In this document: piece after piece, positions 50,516-60,931 of the stretch
Position numbering within the stretch: the first letter of the stretch is position 1
Layout: the number at the start of each line of letters is the position of its first letter
Translations under genes and position numbers: made by a program
Notes under the pieces: generated by a model
The model's input: the letters and a program-made list of their open reading frames with translations, nothing else
The model's database searches: none
Told to the model about the DNA's origin: nothing
Source of the DNA: Bacillota bacterium
GTDB lineage: Bacteria; Bacillota; DTU030; DUMP01
Reading direction: 5' to 3'
Assembly (NCBI GenBank): GCA_030153805.1
Contig: JASKLG010000001.1
Coordinates: 1 to 62,900, forward strand
Length of the DNA: 62,900 bases

Positions 50516-51608
50516 CGGGCGTTCCTCCCAAAATGAGGTCAACCAGCCGCTCAGGCGACGCTAATTCCACATCGTCGGGCACATTCTGGCCGTTGGTTAT
50601 GTAGCCAACGGGCATCCTGGCCCGAGCCATGAGATTAAGAATGGAGCCAACACTCGTTGTTTCATCCAGTTTTGTAAGCAGCAGTTGGCTGGGATGAAGC
50701 AGCTGAAACCGCTCGAAAACATGCTCCAAATCTTCTGGCTTGGTGGTGGCACTGACCACCAACACGGTCTTAATTTCCGGGCAGCGGGCAAGAAAAGTAC
50801 GGAGTTCCGCCAAGTGCATCCCCTGCTTCGGGCTGCGGCCGGCCGTGTCCAGTAGAATAAGGTCGGCCTGGCCATGCCGCTCTAACGCTCTAGGGAGGTC
50901 GTCCGGGGTAAAAAGTACTTCCAGCGGCAGCCGCAGAATCTCGGCATAACGCTTGAGTTGATCAACAGCGGCAATGCGGTAGGTATCCTGAGTTAAAATG
51001 GCCACCCGTTTTTCTTTTTGCAGGCTGTAGACGGCTGCCAGCTTGGCGATGGTCGTTGTCTTCCCTACACCTGTAGGGCCGATGAAGGCGAAAACGCGGC
51101 CGGAAAGGGGCTCGGACGGCCTGCTCGGAAAGAGCCTGAGCATTTCCCGGCGCAGGCTTTCGCTTAGTGCGGCGCCGTCAGCCAGTCTATCTTCCGGAAC
51201 ACTGGCCAGCGCCCGTTCCACCAGCTCCTGCGCCAGCTCGAGGCGCACGCCCCGCCGCACCAAGTTGTTCACCTGTTCGCTGGCCAAGGCATACGGCCGG
51301 CGCAGACGCTCCGGAAGAAACTCCGTTGGAAAAAATGTCGTAGCAGCTACGGACCAGGTAGCTCTAGAAGGAGGTGCGGAAGCCGGTGGAGCAAAAGCAT
51401 GGCCGGAGGAGACCGGCGGTGCTTCCGACCGGGCGTTAGGTTCGCCCCCTGCTGCGGTCACCTCTACCCGGCGCGGCCGAAACCAGCCGGTGAGCCCGGG
51501 CGCGCGTACACGCCTTACCTCCAAAATAACGGCTTCCGGGCCTAAGTCTTTTTTTACCTGAGCCACCGCCGCAGGTAACGAAGCGGCCACGTAACGCCGG
51601 ATTCTCAT
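50508..51608 (-). CDS. flhF: SRP-type GTPase FlhF
   Basis: GPTGVGKTT, DTYRIAA, DTAGRS, TKLDET. Confidence 0.95.
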   Translation of the reverse strand: MRIRRYVAASLPAAVAQVKKDLGPEAVILEVRRVRAPGLTGWFRPRRVEVTAAGGEPNARSEAPPVSSGHAFAPPASAPPSRATWSVAATTFFPTEFLPERLRRPYALASEQVNNLVRRGVRLELAQELVERALASVPEDRLADGAALSESLRREMLRLFPSRPSEPLSGRVFAFIGPTGVGKTTTIAKLAAVYSLQKEKRVAILTQDTYRIAAVDQLKRYAEILRLPLEVLFTPDDLPRALERHGQADLILLDTAGRSPKQGMHLAELRTFLARCPEIKTVLVVSATTKPEDLEHVFERFQLLHPSQLLLTKLDETTSVGSILNLMARARMPVGYITNGQNVPDDVELASPERLVDLILGGTPDA

Positions 51609-53668
51609 TTAAGACCTACCCTCCCTACCACTTCCACCTGAAGGCTGGGGTCCAGCTCGTTATAAGAAATCACTGCCAGGCGTGGGAAAACTCGCTCCGT
51701 CAAACGCTTGAAGTAAAAACGTACTAGAGGTGAACAAAGGACTACGGGCTGCTGACCCGGTTGCAAATGTTGAAGATGCACCTTAAGGTTGGCCAAGATG
51801 CGCTCGGCCAGCACCGGATCGAGCGCCAGGTACGTTCCTTGTTCGGTGCGCTGCAGGCTTTTGTCTATGGTCTCCTCCACCTCGCGATCCAGGGTCAAGG
51901 CGATAAGTGGTCCTTTTTCCGGTGCCAGCTGCCGCGAAATCTGACGGCCGAGCGCCTGGCGAACGTATTCGGTAAGCAGGTCCGTATCCTTGGTCAGGCG
52001 CCCGAAATTGCCCAGAGTCTCGAGAATGGTACCCAAGTCGCGGATAGACACACCCTCATGTAAGAGATTCCCCAGGATCTTCTTGAGATCAAGAGCAGAC
52101 ACCACGCCGGGAATCACCTCATTTACTAGGACGGCATTATCCTTGCGCAGCGTCTCCAGCATGAGTTCGACCTCACGGCGCCCCAAGATCTCGTCGGCGT
52201 GGGCTTTGATTACCTCAGTCAGGTGGGTGGCAATGACTGTAGCCGGGTCCACCACCGTAAAGCCTGCACGCTCGGCCTTCTCCTTGTCGGCAGCGCTCAC
52301 CCACCAGGCCGGGAGGCCGAACGCAGGTTCGCGAGTAGGAAGCCCCGGAGCCGGCCCGTCCTTTAGCTCACCCATAGCCAGGTAGTAACCGGGCAGCACT
52401 TCGCCCCGCGCCACCTCTACTCCTTTTAGAAGAATCACATAGGTGTTGGGAGATAAGGTAATGTTGTCGCGGATGCGCACGGTCGGTACGATGAGGCCGA
52501 GTTCCAAAGCCAACTGCCGCCGCAGAAGTACCACCCGATCGAGGAGGTCACCGCCCTGCTCGGCGTCGGCCAGGCTTATAAGACCGTAACCCAAGTCCAC
52601 TTCTAATGTATCCACAGGAAGAAGGGCGGCCACAGCTTCCGGGCGCCGCATGTCCTCCAGTTCCTTGGCACGCTCGGGGACTGCCTGCGGCGCGGCAGTC
52701 CCCCTCTCCGGTCCCAGCCGCCAGGCCAGAAAGGCAAAGAGTACTGCCAGGGTAAGGAAGGCCAGATGGGGCAGGCCTGGAACCAACCCCAGCACCGCAA
52801 GGAGCGCAGCCGCCACCCAGAGCACTCTCGGCTCGGTAAAGACCTGCTCGGTCAGGTCTTCCCCCAGGTTGCCCTCGGAAGCGGCCCGGGTCACGATAAT
52901 GCCCGTTGCAGTAGAAATGAGAAGCGCAGGGAGCTGGCTCACCAGGCCGTCTCCTACGGTGAGCAAGGTGTAATGGGCCAAGACTTCCGAAAGTGTCATA
53001 TTTCCCTGCATAGCACCGATAATAAAGCCGCCGATAATATTGACCAGGGTTATGATAAGGCCGGCAATGGCGTCTCCCTTGACAAATTTACTGGCCCCGT
53101 CCATAGCTCCGTAAAAATCGGCTTCCCGCCGCACCTCCCGGCGCCTGGCTCGGGCTTCTTCTTCGGTAATAAGCCCGGCATTGAGGTCAGCATCGATACT
53201 CATCTGTTTGCCGGGCATTGCGTCCAGCGTAAAGCGAGCTGCCACTTCTGCCACGCGTTCGGCACCGCGGGTGATGACGATAAACTGGATAACCACCAGA
53301 ATAAGGAAGACAATGAAGCCCACCACCGGGTTACCGCCGACGACAAATTGGCCGAAGGCGGCAATGACACGTCCGGCGTCACCCCGGCTGAGAATAAGCC
53401 TCGTAGAGGAAACATTGAGGGCCAAACGGAAGAGGGTGGCTACCAGGAGCAGCGAGGGGAACACGGAAATCTCGAGCGGCTGATGCACGTACATGGTGAC
53501 TAAGAGAACTGTCAGGCTAAAGGTAATGTTGAACGTGAGTAGGAGGTCAAGAAGCCAGGTGGGCAGCGGAATAATCATCATGCCCACCACAGCCACCACG
53601 GCCACGGTAACCCACAGATCGCCGTACTTGATACTGCGAGCAGAAGCTGCATTCGGAAACTGGGCCAA
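51605..53668 (-). CDS. flhA: Flagellar export gate FlhA
   Basis: AEVAARFTLDAMPGKQMSID, GAMDGASKFVKGDA. Confidence 0.98.
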   Translation of the reverse strand: MAQFPNAASARSIKYGDLWVTVAVVAVVGMMIIPLPTWLLDLLLTFNITFSLTVLLVTMYVHQPLEISVFPSLLLVATLFRLALNVSSTRLILSRGDAGRVIAAFGQFVVGGNPVVGFIVFLILVVIQFIVITRGAERVAEVAARFTLDAMPGKQMSIDADLNAGLITEEEARARRREVRREADFYGAMDGASKFVKGDAIAGLIITLVNIIGGFIIGAMQGNMTLSEVLAHYTLLTVGDGLVSQLPALLISTATGIIVTRAASEGNLGEDLTEQVFTEPRVLWVAAALLAVLGLVPGLPHLAFLTLAVLFAFLAWRLGPERGTAAPQAVPERAKELEDMRRPEAVAALLPVDTLEVDLGYGLISLADAEQGGDLLDRVVLLRRQLALELGLIVPTVRIRDNITLSPNTYVILLKGVEVARGEVLPGYYLAMGELKDGPAPGLPTREPAFGLPAWWVSAADKEKAERAGFTVVDPATVIATHLTEVIKAHADEILGRREVELMLETLRKDNAVLVNEVIPGVVSALDLKKILGNLLHEGVSIRDLGTILETLGNFGRLTKDTDLLTEYVRQALGRQISRQLAPEKGPLIALTLDREVEETIDKSLQRTEQGTYLALDPVLAERILANLKVHLQHLQPGQQPVVLCSPLVRFYFKRLTERVFPRLAVISYNELDPSLQVEVVGRVGLK

Positions 53669-53685
53669 TTCTTCTCCCCCCTACC

Positions 53686-54804
53686 CTAAATTAAACCCTT
53701 TTGCCGGTACACATAGGCCAAGACCTCGGCCACTGCCCGGTAAAAAGTTGCCGGAATACTCTCTCCTACTTCCACCGTGCGATAGAGCGCTTGAGCCAGG
53801 GGCTTATTTTCCACAATGCTTACGCCGTGCTCGCGGGCCAGCTTCTTAATACGTTCGGCGATAAGCCCTGCACCCTTGGCGATAACTTCAGGAGCAGCCA
53901 TACGCGCCGCATCGTATTTGAGGGCTACAGCGTAATGTGTAGGGTTTGTGATCACCACATCCGCCTCCGGTACACGGTGCAACATCCGCGCACGCGCCAG
54001 CTGGCGCTGCCGTTCGCGCACGCGGGCTCGAACCTCTGGTCTACCTTCGGTTTCCCTTAATTCCTCTTTAATCTCCTGCCGCGACATGCGCAGGCTCTGC
54101 TCATACTCCCAGCGCTGGTAAAGGAAGTCAAAGACGGCGAGCACGAGTACCGCCAGCCCGCACTGCCAGGCGAGGCGCCAGCTGAGTTTCCCAAGGAAGG
54201 CAAGAAAGCCCTCCAAGCCGACAAGCGGCAGGCGAGGAATGAGCGCGTACTCGCTCCTGATGCTGCTTGCCGCCACCCAAGCGACGACCACAAGTTTCAC
54301 CAGGTTCCGCACCAGCGTAGCTAAAGAACGGCGGGAAAAGATGCGACCCAGGCCGGCCACAGGATTCAGCCGTTCCAGGCGAAAAGCCACCGGCTCCGAA
54401 CTAAAGACGAAACCCACCTGTAGGTAACTCACCAAGAGGGCAGCGGCAAGACCTGCCAGAAGAACGGGCAGCGCCAGGTAGGCGAATTGCAGCAGAAAAC
54501 GGAGGAGCAGGCGGTAGGCATCGGCCACCTCCCAATCGGCACCCGGTGTAAGAAACGTTTCCTTAGTAAAGGCTATAAGCTGCGCCTGCCAAAGGGGAAG
54601 GAGAAAGAATACCGCCATGCTGGAAGCAAGGAGGACGGCAGCGGCATTCAACTCCAAGCTATGGAAAACCTGCCCTTTCCGCCGCGCTTCCTGCCGCCTG
54701 TGGGGCGTAGCCGGTTCGGTTTTTTCTTCTCCGGCAAAAAGCTGCAGGTTAAAATGCCTGAGCTTGGGGTCAGCCTGGAGGTAGGAGTAGGAGAATGGCT
54801 CCAA
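53686..54804 (-). CDS. flhB: Flagellar export switch FlhB
   Basis: EKTEPAT...KGQV and autocleavage motif NPTH. Confidence 0.96.
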   Translation of the reverse strand: MEPFSYSYLQADPKLRHFNLQLFAGEEKTEPATPHRRQEARRKGQVFHSLELNAAAVLLASSMAVFFLLPLWQAQLIAFTKETFLTPGADWEVADAYRLLLRFLLQFAYLALPVLLAGLAAALLVSYLQVGFVFSSEPVAFRLERLNPVAGLGRIFSRRSLATLVRNLVKLVVVAWVAASSIRSEYALIPRLPLVGLEGFLAFLGKLSWRLAWQCGLAVLVLAVFDFLYQRWEYEQSLRMSRQEIKEELRETEGRPEVRARVRERQRQLARARMLHRVPEADVVITNPTHYAVALKYDAARMAAPEVIAKGAGLIAERIKKLAREHGVSIVENKPLAQALYRTVEVGESIPATFYRAVAEVLAYVYRQKGLI

Positions 54805-55555
54805 GGCTTTTCTCCACCTCTCTTAAGAGAGCCTTAAGCAAGACGGCATAAGCAGGTAAAGAGACGGCCAGAAGTCCCAGGCCTAAAGCTGCCTTAAGAG
54901 GTAGGCCCACAATAAAAACATTCAATTGCGGCATGGTGCGGGCCATGATGGCCAGGGCCAAGTCGGCAAGGAAAAGGGATCCCAGCACAGGAGCGGCAAT
55001 TTCAATTCCGGCGACAAACATCACTGCCGTAGCCCGAACGACTTCTGCCAACAAATTTGAACTGCTCCAACTCCCACCCGGTGGTACTGCTTCGAAACTC
55101 CTCCACATGGCTTGGAGAAGCAAATGGTGGCCATCGGTGCTGAGCAGGATTACTAGAGCCATGAGGTAGAGAAGGTTACCCAAGAGAGGCACCTGCACAC
55201 CGCTTTGTGGGTCGTAGACGTTGACCATGCCGAAGCCTATCTGCAGGTCCAAGATTTGCCCCGCCACGGCAAAAGCGGAAAAGAACACGCCTGCCGCAAA
55301 GCCCAGCACGACGCCCAGAAGTACCTCTTTGAGGAGCAGCCACGCCATGTCGGTCAGCGTCCCTGGCACAGGGTAGGCCGTGGCGGGAATAAGAGGTAAG
55401 AAGGCAAGCCCCAAGAGAAGTGCGAGGAAAAAGCGCAGGCTTGGCTGAATGTTGCGGCTGCCGAAGAAGGGAGCCAGGGTCAAGAAACCGCCTAAACGGG
55501 CAACGAGAAGAAGGAGAAGAAAATACGCCTTGGCTAAGTACTCCAGATCCGGCAT
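54770..55555 (-). CDS. fliR: Flagellar export protein FliR
   Basis: AGQILDLQIG, RTMPQLNVF. Confidence 0.95.
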   Translation of the reverse strand: MPDLEYLAKAYFLLLLLVARLGGFLTLAPFFGSRNIQPSLRFFLALLLGLAFLPLIPATAYPVPGTLTDMAWLLLKEVLLGVVLGFAAGVFFSAFAVAGQILDLQIGFGMVNVYDPQSGVQVPLLGNLLYLMALVILLSTDGHHLLLQAMWRSFEAVPPGGSWSSSNLLAEVVRATAVMFVAGIEIAAPVLGSLFLADLALAIMARTMPQLNVFIVGLPLKAALGLGLLAVSLPAYAVLLKALLREVEKSLGAILLLLPPG

Positions 55556-55559
55556 ACGC

Positions 55560-55829
55560 TCACCTCAAATAGCCGGGGAGTGCAACAAACAAGTGCATGG
55601 TGAATTGGGTAAGCACCTGCAACATCCAGGGACCAAAGACCACCAGACCGATGAGAACGGCCAGAATTTTGGGTACAAAAGCTAGGGTCTGATCTTGAAT
55701 CTGAGTGGTTGCCTGAAAGATGCTGACAATTAAGCCCACCACCAGGCTGAGTCCGAGGAGGGGACCCACCACCAACAAAGTTGTTAGGAGGGCATCGCGC
55801 CCCAAGCTGATCACCAGCTCTTCGCTCAC
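55560..55829 (-). CDS. fliQ: Flagellar export protein FliQ
   Basis: FQATTQIQDQTLAFVPK. Confidence 0.97.
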   Translation of the reverse strand: MSEELVISLGRDALLTTLLVVGPLLGLSLVVGLIVSIFQATTQIQDQTLAFVPKILAVLIGLVVFGPWMLQVLTQFTMHLFVALPGYLR

Positions 55830-55848
55830 TCTTCTCTCCCCCTCGGGT

Positions 55849-56601
55849 TCAAAAGCTCTGAATGAGGGACTGAATCACCAGGTGCCAGCCGTCTACCAGC
55901 ACAAACAGAAGCAGTTTAAAGGGCAGGGAAATCATAACCGGCGGCAGCATAAGCATGCCCATGGACATAAGAGTGCTCGCCACCACCATATCAATGATGA
56001 GAAAAGGTATGTAGATAAGGAACCCTATTTCAAAGGCCGTCTTGAGCTCGCTGATGACAAAAGCAGGGATGAGGACGTGAGTAGGGATATCTTCAGGCCC
56101 CCTTGGCTGCGGCAGGTCGGCGAAACGCACAAAGAGCGCCAAATCTTTCTCCCGCGTCTCCTTGAACATAAAATTGCGGATGGGCTGGACGGCACGTTCT
56201 AAAGCGGTAGCAGCCGGCAATTCACCGGCTAAGTACGGCTGCAGGGCGGCTTGATTCACCTCCTGCCAGTAAGGAGCCATGATAAAAAATGTCAGAAAGA
56301 GGGCAAGGCCGATGATTACCTGGTTCGGCGGGACCTGCTGGGTGGCAAGACCGCTCCTTAAAAAGGAGAGCACCACCACAATCCTGGTGAAAGAAGTGGT
56401 AAGAATGAGAATAGCCGGAGCGAGCGAGAGGACGGTCAAGAGAAAGAGAATCTGAAGACTTACGGCCACATCTTCCGGGCCTCCGGCCGGGCTGAGGCCA
56501 AGTTCTATCCTGGGAATAACCGGCGCAGCTAAGGTAGGGCGCACTGCTCCGAAGAAAAGTCCAAACGCTATCAGCCAGGAAATTAAGCCCCAGCGCCTCA
56601 T
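55849..56601 (-). CDS. fliP: Flagellar export protein FliP
   Basis: TSFTRI, PPNQV, SELKTAF, ISLPFK. Confidence 0.97.
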   Translation of the reverse strand: MRRWGLISWLIAFGLFFGAVRPTLAAPVIPRIELGLSPAGGPEDVAVSLQILFLLTVLSLAPAILILTTSFTRIVVVLSFLRSGLATQQVPPNQVIIGLALFLTFFIMAPYWQEVNQAALQPYLAGELPAATALERAVQPIRNFMFKETREKDLALFVRFADLPQPRGPEDIPTHVLIPAFVISELKTAFEIGFLIYIPFLIIDMVVASTLMSMGMLMLPPVMISLPFKLLLFVLVDGWHLVIQSLIQSF

Positions 56602-57197
56602 AAATTATCCTCCTCCGAATCCTGCCGGCGTTCATGCAGGCGGTTAACTTGCCGGCGAAGGGCAGCCGCCGCCTCCCGCCACAGGCCTTCCGGCATAAAA
56701 CGCACACCTTTTTGCGCTGCCCGGCTCAGCGCTTCCTGGAAGCCAGCTACTTCGGGCCCGAAGGACACGTCGCCTTCATTCAGCTCTCCCAAAACTGTAA
56801 TCCGCTCACCGCTCACTCCTAAAAGGAACTGCCGTTTGCCGGCGCGCACGAGGAGAATTCCCTTCCCCGGGCCGAGCGGCAGCGTATCGAGCACTGCCAG
56901 ATAACGCCCTGCACCGCGCGGCAGCCCCAGGCGCTGGCTAAGGTACCGAGTAACTAGATAAAGAAGGAAGAGCACCAGTCCCAGTCCGGCGAGCATCCTG
57001 AGGATGAGGGCGGCGGGGTTAAAGGCAGCCGGCTGATCTCCCGGTTGGGCGGCCGGGTATCCGGGGGTTGGGCTGGTAGGAGCAGCAGTCTCAATTACAG
57101 CCCCCGGCAAAGGTGAAGCCAGAACTACCTCACCGGTAGCGCAAATTATGGCCAAAGCAAGGGTGAGGGCGAAGGCACGCCCCAGCATACAGGGCAT
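56598..57197 (-). CDS. fliO: Flagellar protein FliO/FliZ
   Basis: TM segment then [18 protein letters not shown]...LLGVS; located before fliP. Confidence 0.85.
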   Translation of the reverse strand: MPCMLGRAFALTLALAIICATGEVVLASPLPGAVIETAAPTSPTPGYPAAQPGDQPAAFNPAALILRMLAGLGLVLFLLYLVTRYLSQRLGLPRGAGRYLAVLDTLPLGPGKGILLVRAGKRQFLLGVSGERITVLGELNEGDVSFGPEVAGFQEALSRAAQKGVRFMPEGLWREAAAALRRQVNRLHERRQDSEEDNL

Positions 57198-57209
57198 AGG
57201 TATATCACC

Positions 57210-57572
57210 TCAGCCCAAGTTCTTGCGCACGGCTTCCAGCACGCGCTCCGGTTGAAAAGGCTTGACAATGAAGTCGCGGGCTCCGGCCTGAATGGCTTCG
57301 ATTACCATGGCCTGCTGACCCATGGCACTGCACATGATTATCTTGGCCTGGGGATCCAGTTTGCGTATTTCTTTAACCGCCGTGATGCCGTCCATCTCCG
57401 GCATCGTAATATCCATTGTCACCAAGTCCGGACGTATTTCCTTGTACTTTTCCACAGCGATGGCTCCGTTGGCTGCTTCGCCAGCCACTTCGTAGCCATT
57501 CTTAGTCAAAATGTCACGGAGCATCATGCGCATGAACGCTGCATCGTCCACAATCAGAATTCGTCCCGGCAT
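57210..57572 (-). CDS. cheY: Chemotaxis response regulator CheY
   Basis: VDDAAFMR, MDITMP, CSAMGQ, FIVKPF. Confidence 0.97.
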   Translation of the reverse strand: MPGRILIVDDAAFMRMMLRDILTKNGYEVAGEAANGAIAVEKYKEIRPDLVTMDITMPEMDGITAVKEIRKLDPQAKIIMCSAMGQQAMVIEAIQAGARDFIVKPFQPERVLEAVRKNLG

Positions 57573-57590
57573 GTTGTCCCCTCCCGCTGG

Positions 57591-58697
57591 TTATTGCAGT
57601 TGTTTTACGCGTTCGGCCGGTGTAATTATGTCCGTAATGCGTACGCCGAAGTTCTCGTCAATAACAACCACTTCGCCTCGCGCCACCAGTTTTCCGTTTA
57701 CCAGAACGTCAACCGGTTCGCCGGCAAGTTTGTCTAACTCGATTACCGAACCCACGCCGAGCTCCAACACATCTTTAATCAGACGCTTGGTTCGACCGAG
57801 CTCCACCGTAACCTCAAGAGGAATATCGAGGAGCAGGTCCAAGTTGCTGCCGCCGGATGCCGGCTCCGCGGGCGTTAAAGGAGCAAAATAAACCGGTTGT
57901 ACCGTCTTAGCCCCAACATTTTGTTCGACCCTCCCTCCTGCACTCGTGTCCACCGGCGGTTCCGCTGCCGCAGGCGCTTTATCAGCTTTTTCTTTTGGGG
58001 GTTCGGCCGGGGGAGCCGGCTCTTCAGGCTGAGCCGTGCTCTGGCCAAAGGACCCCATCAAAGTAGCTACCATATGCTTGGCGAAATCTAGAGGTAAGAT
58101 TTGCATGATCTCGGTATCTGCGAGGTTGCCGATAGTCATCCGAAAAGAAATCTTTACGAGGTACTCTCCTTGGCTTACAAGGTCCAGACTCTTCTCCGCC
58201 AGGTTTACATAGTGGACCTTGGGCGGAGAGATGTTAACTTTCTTTTGAAAAACCGAAGAGATGGCCGTGGCCGCCGAGCCCATCATTTGGTTCATGGCCT
58301 CTCCCACGGCAGAAAGGCGTATTTCATCAAGCTTTTCCACGCTGGGAGCTCCACTTCCCCCCATCATTAGTTCGGAAATAAGGAGGGCGTCTTTTTCCTG
58401 CACCACCAAAAGGTTACTGCCTTCCAGGCCCTGTACGAAACGCACCTCCAGAAGAACATAAGGATAGGGATACTCGCGCCGCAACTCTTCCTCCGTGGTT
58501 ATCGAAACTCTCGGCGTGGTGATCTTAACTTCTTGGCCGAGAAGCATGGAAAGGGTCGTCGCCGCGGTACCCATGGAGATGTTCCCAATTTCGCCCAGAG
58601 CATCGCTTTCGATCGCGTCCAGTTCGCGGCTAACCCCGGCCTGACTGCCTTTCAGCAACGCATCTATCTCTTCCTGCGAAAGGAGCTTGTCATCCAT
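57591..58697 (-). CDS. fliY: Flagellar switch phosphatase FliY
   Basis: LSQEEIDALL, EIGN and EAMN phosphatase motifs, C-terminal FliN domain. Confidence 0.95.
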   Translation of the reverse strand: MDDKLLSQEEIDALLKGSQAGVSRELDAIESDALGEIGNISMGTAATTLSMLLGQEVKITTPRVSITTEEELRREYPYPYVLLEVRFVQGLEGSNLLVVQEKDALLISELMMGGSGAPSVEKLDEIRLSAVGEAMNQMMGSAATAISSVFQKKVNISPPKVHYVNLAEKSLDLVSQGEYLVKISFRMTIGNLADTEIMQILPLDFAKHMVATLMGSFGQSTAQPEEPAPPAEPPKEKADKAPAAAEPPVDTSAGGRVEQNVGAKTVQPVYFAPLTPAEPASGGSNLDLLLDIPLEVTVELGRTKRLIKDVLELGVGSVIELDKLAGEPVDVLVNGKLVARGEVVVIDENFGVRITDIITPAERVKQLQ

Positions 58698-59682
58698 CGT
58701 TTTCATCTCCTTTATAATAGGCGATGATCTGTACACCTAGGTGACGGCCGACCTGGCCGGGACGGGCCAGAAATTTGGGACGGTTGCCCACCAGGACCTT
58801 AATGGGCTCGCTTGAACGCGCATCAAGTTCGATCACATCGCCCACCTGTAGGTTAAGGAGGTCGCGCACGGTGATGCTAGCCCGACCGAGGAGCGCGACC
58901 AAAGGCACCTGCGTCCCGGTCAAGCGCTGCTCAAGAAGCCCCTGTCCCGGTGACGCTACGCCTTGCTCGAGCGTGGAAAACCAATGCCGCGCGCTTAACT
59001 TAGCCACGACAGGCTTGAGAATGATATAGGGGAAACAGAGGTTAAGGAGCCCTTCTGCGGCGTCTACCCGCACCTTTAGAGAAACGAGCGCCACCATCTC
59101 CGAGGGTGAGATGATCTGAACAAACTGGGGGTTGATTTCGATTCGATCAAGCTCTGGCTTAAGCGGCGATACGCGGGACCAGGCTTCATCCAGTACCTCG
59201 AGCATGCGGCTCAGAATGCGCTGCAACACAGCAAGCTCGATATCCGTCGGCGGTCTGAGCGCGGTGGAAGCCAGAGCCTTGCCGCCAAAAAGTCTCTCGA
59301 TCAGGGCAAAAGCCAGGGAGGGATTCATCTCCACTACGATCTGCCCGGTAAATTCGGTAAGCCGCGTCACGGCCATGAGCGTGGGATTAGGCAGGGAACG
59401 CATGAACTCATCGAAGGTCATCTCCTGCACCGACATGAGGCTCACTTGGGCCGGCGCCCTAAGCTGGGTAACGAGGAAGGTGCTTAGAAGGCGGGCAAAG
59501 TTGTCGTGGAGCATGTAAAGTGTTCGAATCTGCTCCTTGGAAAAACGATTGGGGCGCTTAAAGTCGTAGACACGGACCCGCTTTTGTTCTTCTTCCTCTT
59601 TAATGTTTTCTACGCTAACAGTGCCACTCGACAGGGCGGCGAGCAGGGCGTCGATTTCCGCCTGCGAAAGAACCTCCGCCAC
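58690..59682 (-). CDS. fliM: Flagellar motor switch FliM
   Basis: LSQAEIDALL, YDFKRP, SpoA domain. Confidence 0.96.
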   Translation of the reverse strand: MAEVLSQAEIDALLAALSSGTVSVENIKEEEEQKRVRVYDFKRPNRFSKEQIRTLYMLHDNFARLLSTFLVTQLRAPAQVSLMSVQEMTFDEFMRSLPNPTLMAVTRLTEFTGQIVVEMNPSLAFALIERLFGGKALASTALRPPTDIELAVLQRILSRMLEVLDEAWSRVSPLKPELDRIEINPQFVQIISPSEMVALVSLKVRVDAAEGLLNLCFPYIILKPVVAKLSARHWFSTLEQGVASPGQGLLEQRLTGTQVPLVALLGRASITVRDLLNLQVGDVIELDARSSEPIKVLVGNRPKFLARPGQVGRHLGVQIIAYYKGDENDG

Positions 59683-59697
59683 AGCTACACCTTCTTC

Positions 59698-60159
59698 CTA
59701 TTGCACTATAAACTCGGTAAAGTAGACGGCCGTCACCTGACCACTGGTAAGTACGCTGTTAAGCCGGCTCTTGATTTCTTCTTTTAACTTCTGGGCTGTA
59801 GCGTTGCCGTCCTTTAGTTCTTCCGCTGTTTTCGCGCGCAGAATGGAGATTATTATATCGCGCACCTGAGGTTCCCTTTTCTGCAGTTCTTTGGTCAAAG
59901 CAGATGCGTCCAGCTCTAAAGTTATGGTAGCTCTCAGGAAATGACGGCTTTCCCGATCGGCCAGATTTACATTGAAGGTGTCGAGGGAATAGGTCGGCCC
60001 CATTCCCGCCTCAGCCGGCTTTTTTGGTGTGGATCCCGTATCCCTGGATGTAATTAAATAGCTAACAAAGACTAAGGTACTTACGGCAAATAGGACGCAT
60101 AACATCAGCACCACAATAATGATCCGGCCGGGGGTCCAAGTTTGTTTACCTTCGCTCAA
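59698..60159 (-). CDS. fliL: Flagellar basal body-associated FliL
   Basis: N-terminal TM, FNVNLAD, VRDII, VYFTEFIVQ. Confidence 0.93.
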   Translation of the reverse strand: MSEGKQTWTPGRIIIVVLMLCVLFAVSTLVFVSYLITSRDTGSTPKKPAEAGMGPTYSLDTFNVNLADRESRHFLRATITLELDASALTKELQKREPQVRDIIISILRAKTAEELKDGNATAQKLKEEIKSRLNSVLTSGQVTAVYFTEFIVQ

Positions 60160-60929
60160 TTCCCTCCACCTCCTTTCTGCGCCGACCCACCTAAGGGTTC
60201 TTGCTTCGCCAGGTCGGTGCGCAGAACCACAATATCCACGCGTCGATTCTGGGCACGGTGTTCGGGAGTATCGTTAGGCGCCACCGGTCGCCATTCCCCG
60301 TAACCCGCGGCGGAAAGCCTATCGGGGGGAATTCCATGCTTCTCTGCCAGGTAACGCACTACTGTGGTGGCCCGCGCCGTAGAAAGCTCCCAGTTAGAAG
60401 GAAAGCGGTAAGTATTTATCGGCAGGTTGTCCGTATGCCCCTCCACACGAATAGGGTTAGGAAGGCTTCTTAATATACTGGCTACGTTATCCAAAATGGC
60501 CCGCGCCTCAGGCTTCAGATCGGCCTGCCCCAGATCGAAGAGGGCCGTATCCAAAAAACGGATGGTGAGCCCCCGCTCGTCTAGAGAAGCATGGATCTTA
60601 TTCTGCAGGTTGTTTTCCTCTACGTATTCTCTTACTTTCCCCAGGATGTCCTCGAGGCGCCGCTGTTCGGCCTGCCATCTGAGGGCAGCCTCATCGGCTG
60701 CCCCGCCGGGCATGGGTTCCGGGGTAAGGGAACTCCCGCCCTCGAGTACCCCGAGCGCCCCCTGAACAGAAATGATCACATCCTGGAAGCGGGCGAGGTC
60801 AATCTGGGAGAAGGAGAAAAGGAGTACAAAAAAGCACAAGACGAGAGTCATCATATCGCCATAGGTGGTCATCCAGCCCGGGGATGAAGGCAATTCCGGG
60901 CCACTGTCCCGCCGTTTGCTCCTGGCCAT
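60156..60929 (-). CDS. motB: Stator B subunit (MotB/MotS)
   Basis: WMTTYGDMMTL TM; OmpA-like EGHTD, NWELS, NRRV. Confidence 0.95.
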   Translation of the reverse strand: MARSKRRDSGPELPSSPGWMTTYGDMMTLVLCFFVLLFSFSQIDLARFQDVIISVQGALGVLEGGSSLTPEPMPGGAADEAALRWQAEQRRLEDILGKVREYVEENNLQNKIHASLDERGLTIRFLDTALFDLGQADLKPEARAILDNVASILRSLPNPIRVEGHTDNLPINTYRFPSNWELSTARATTVVRYLAEKHGIPPDRLSAAGYGEWRPVAPNDTPEHRAQNRRVDIVVLRTDLAKQEPLGGSAQKGGGGN

Positions 60930-60931
60930 AC

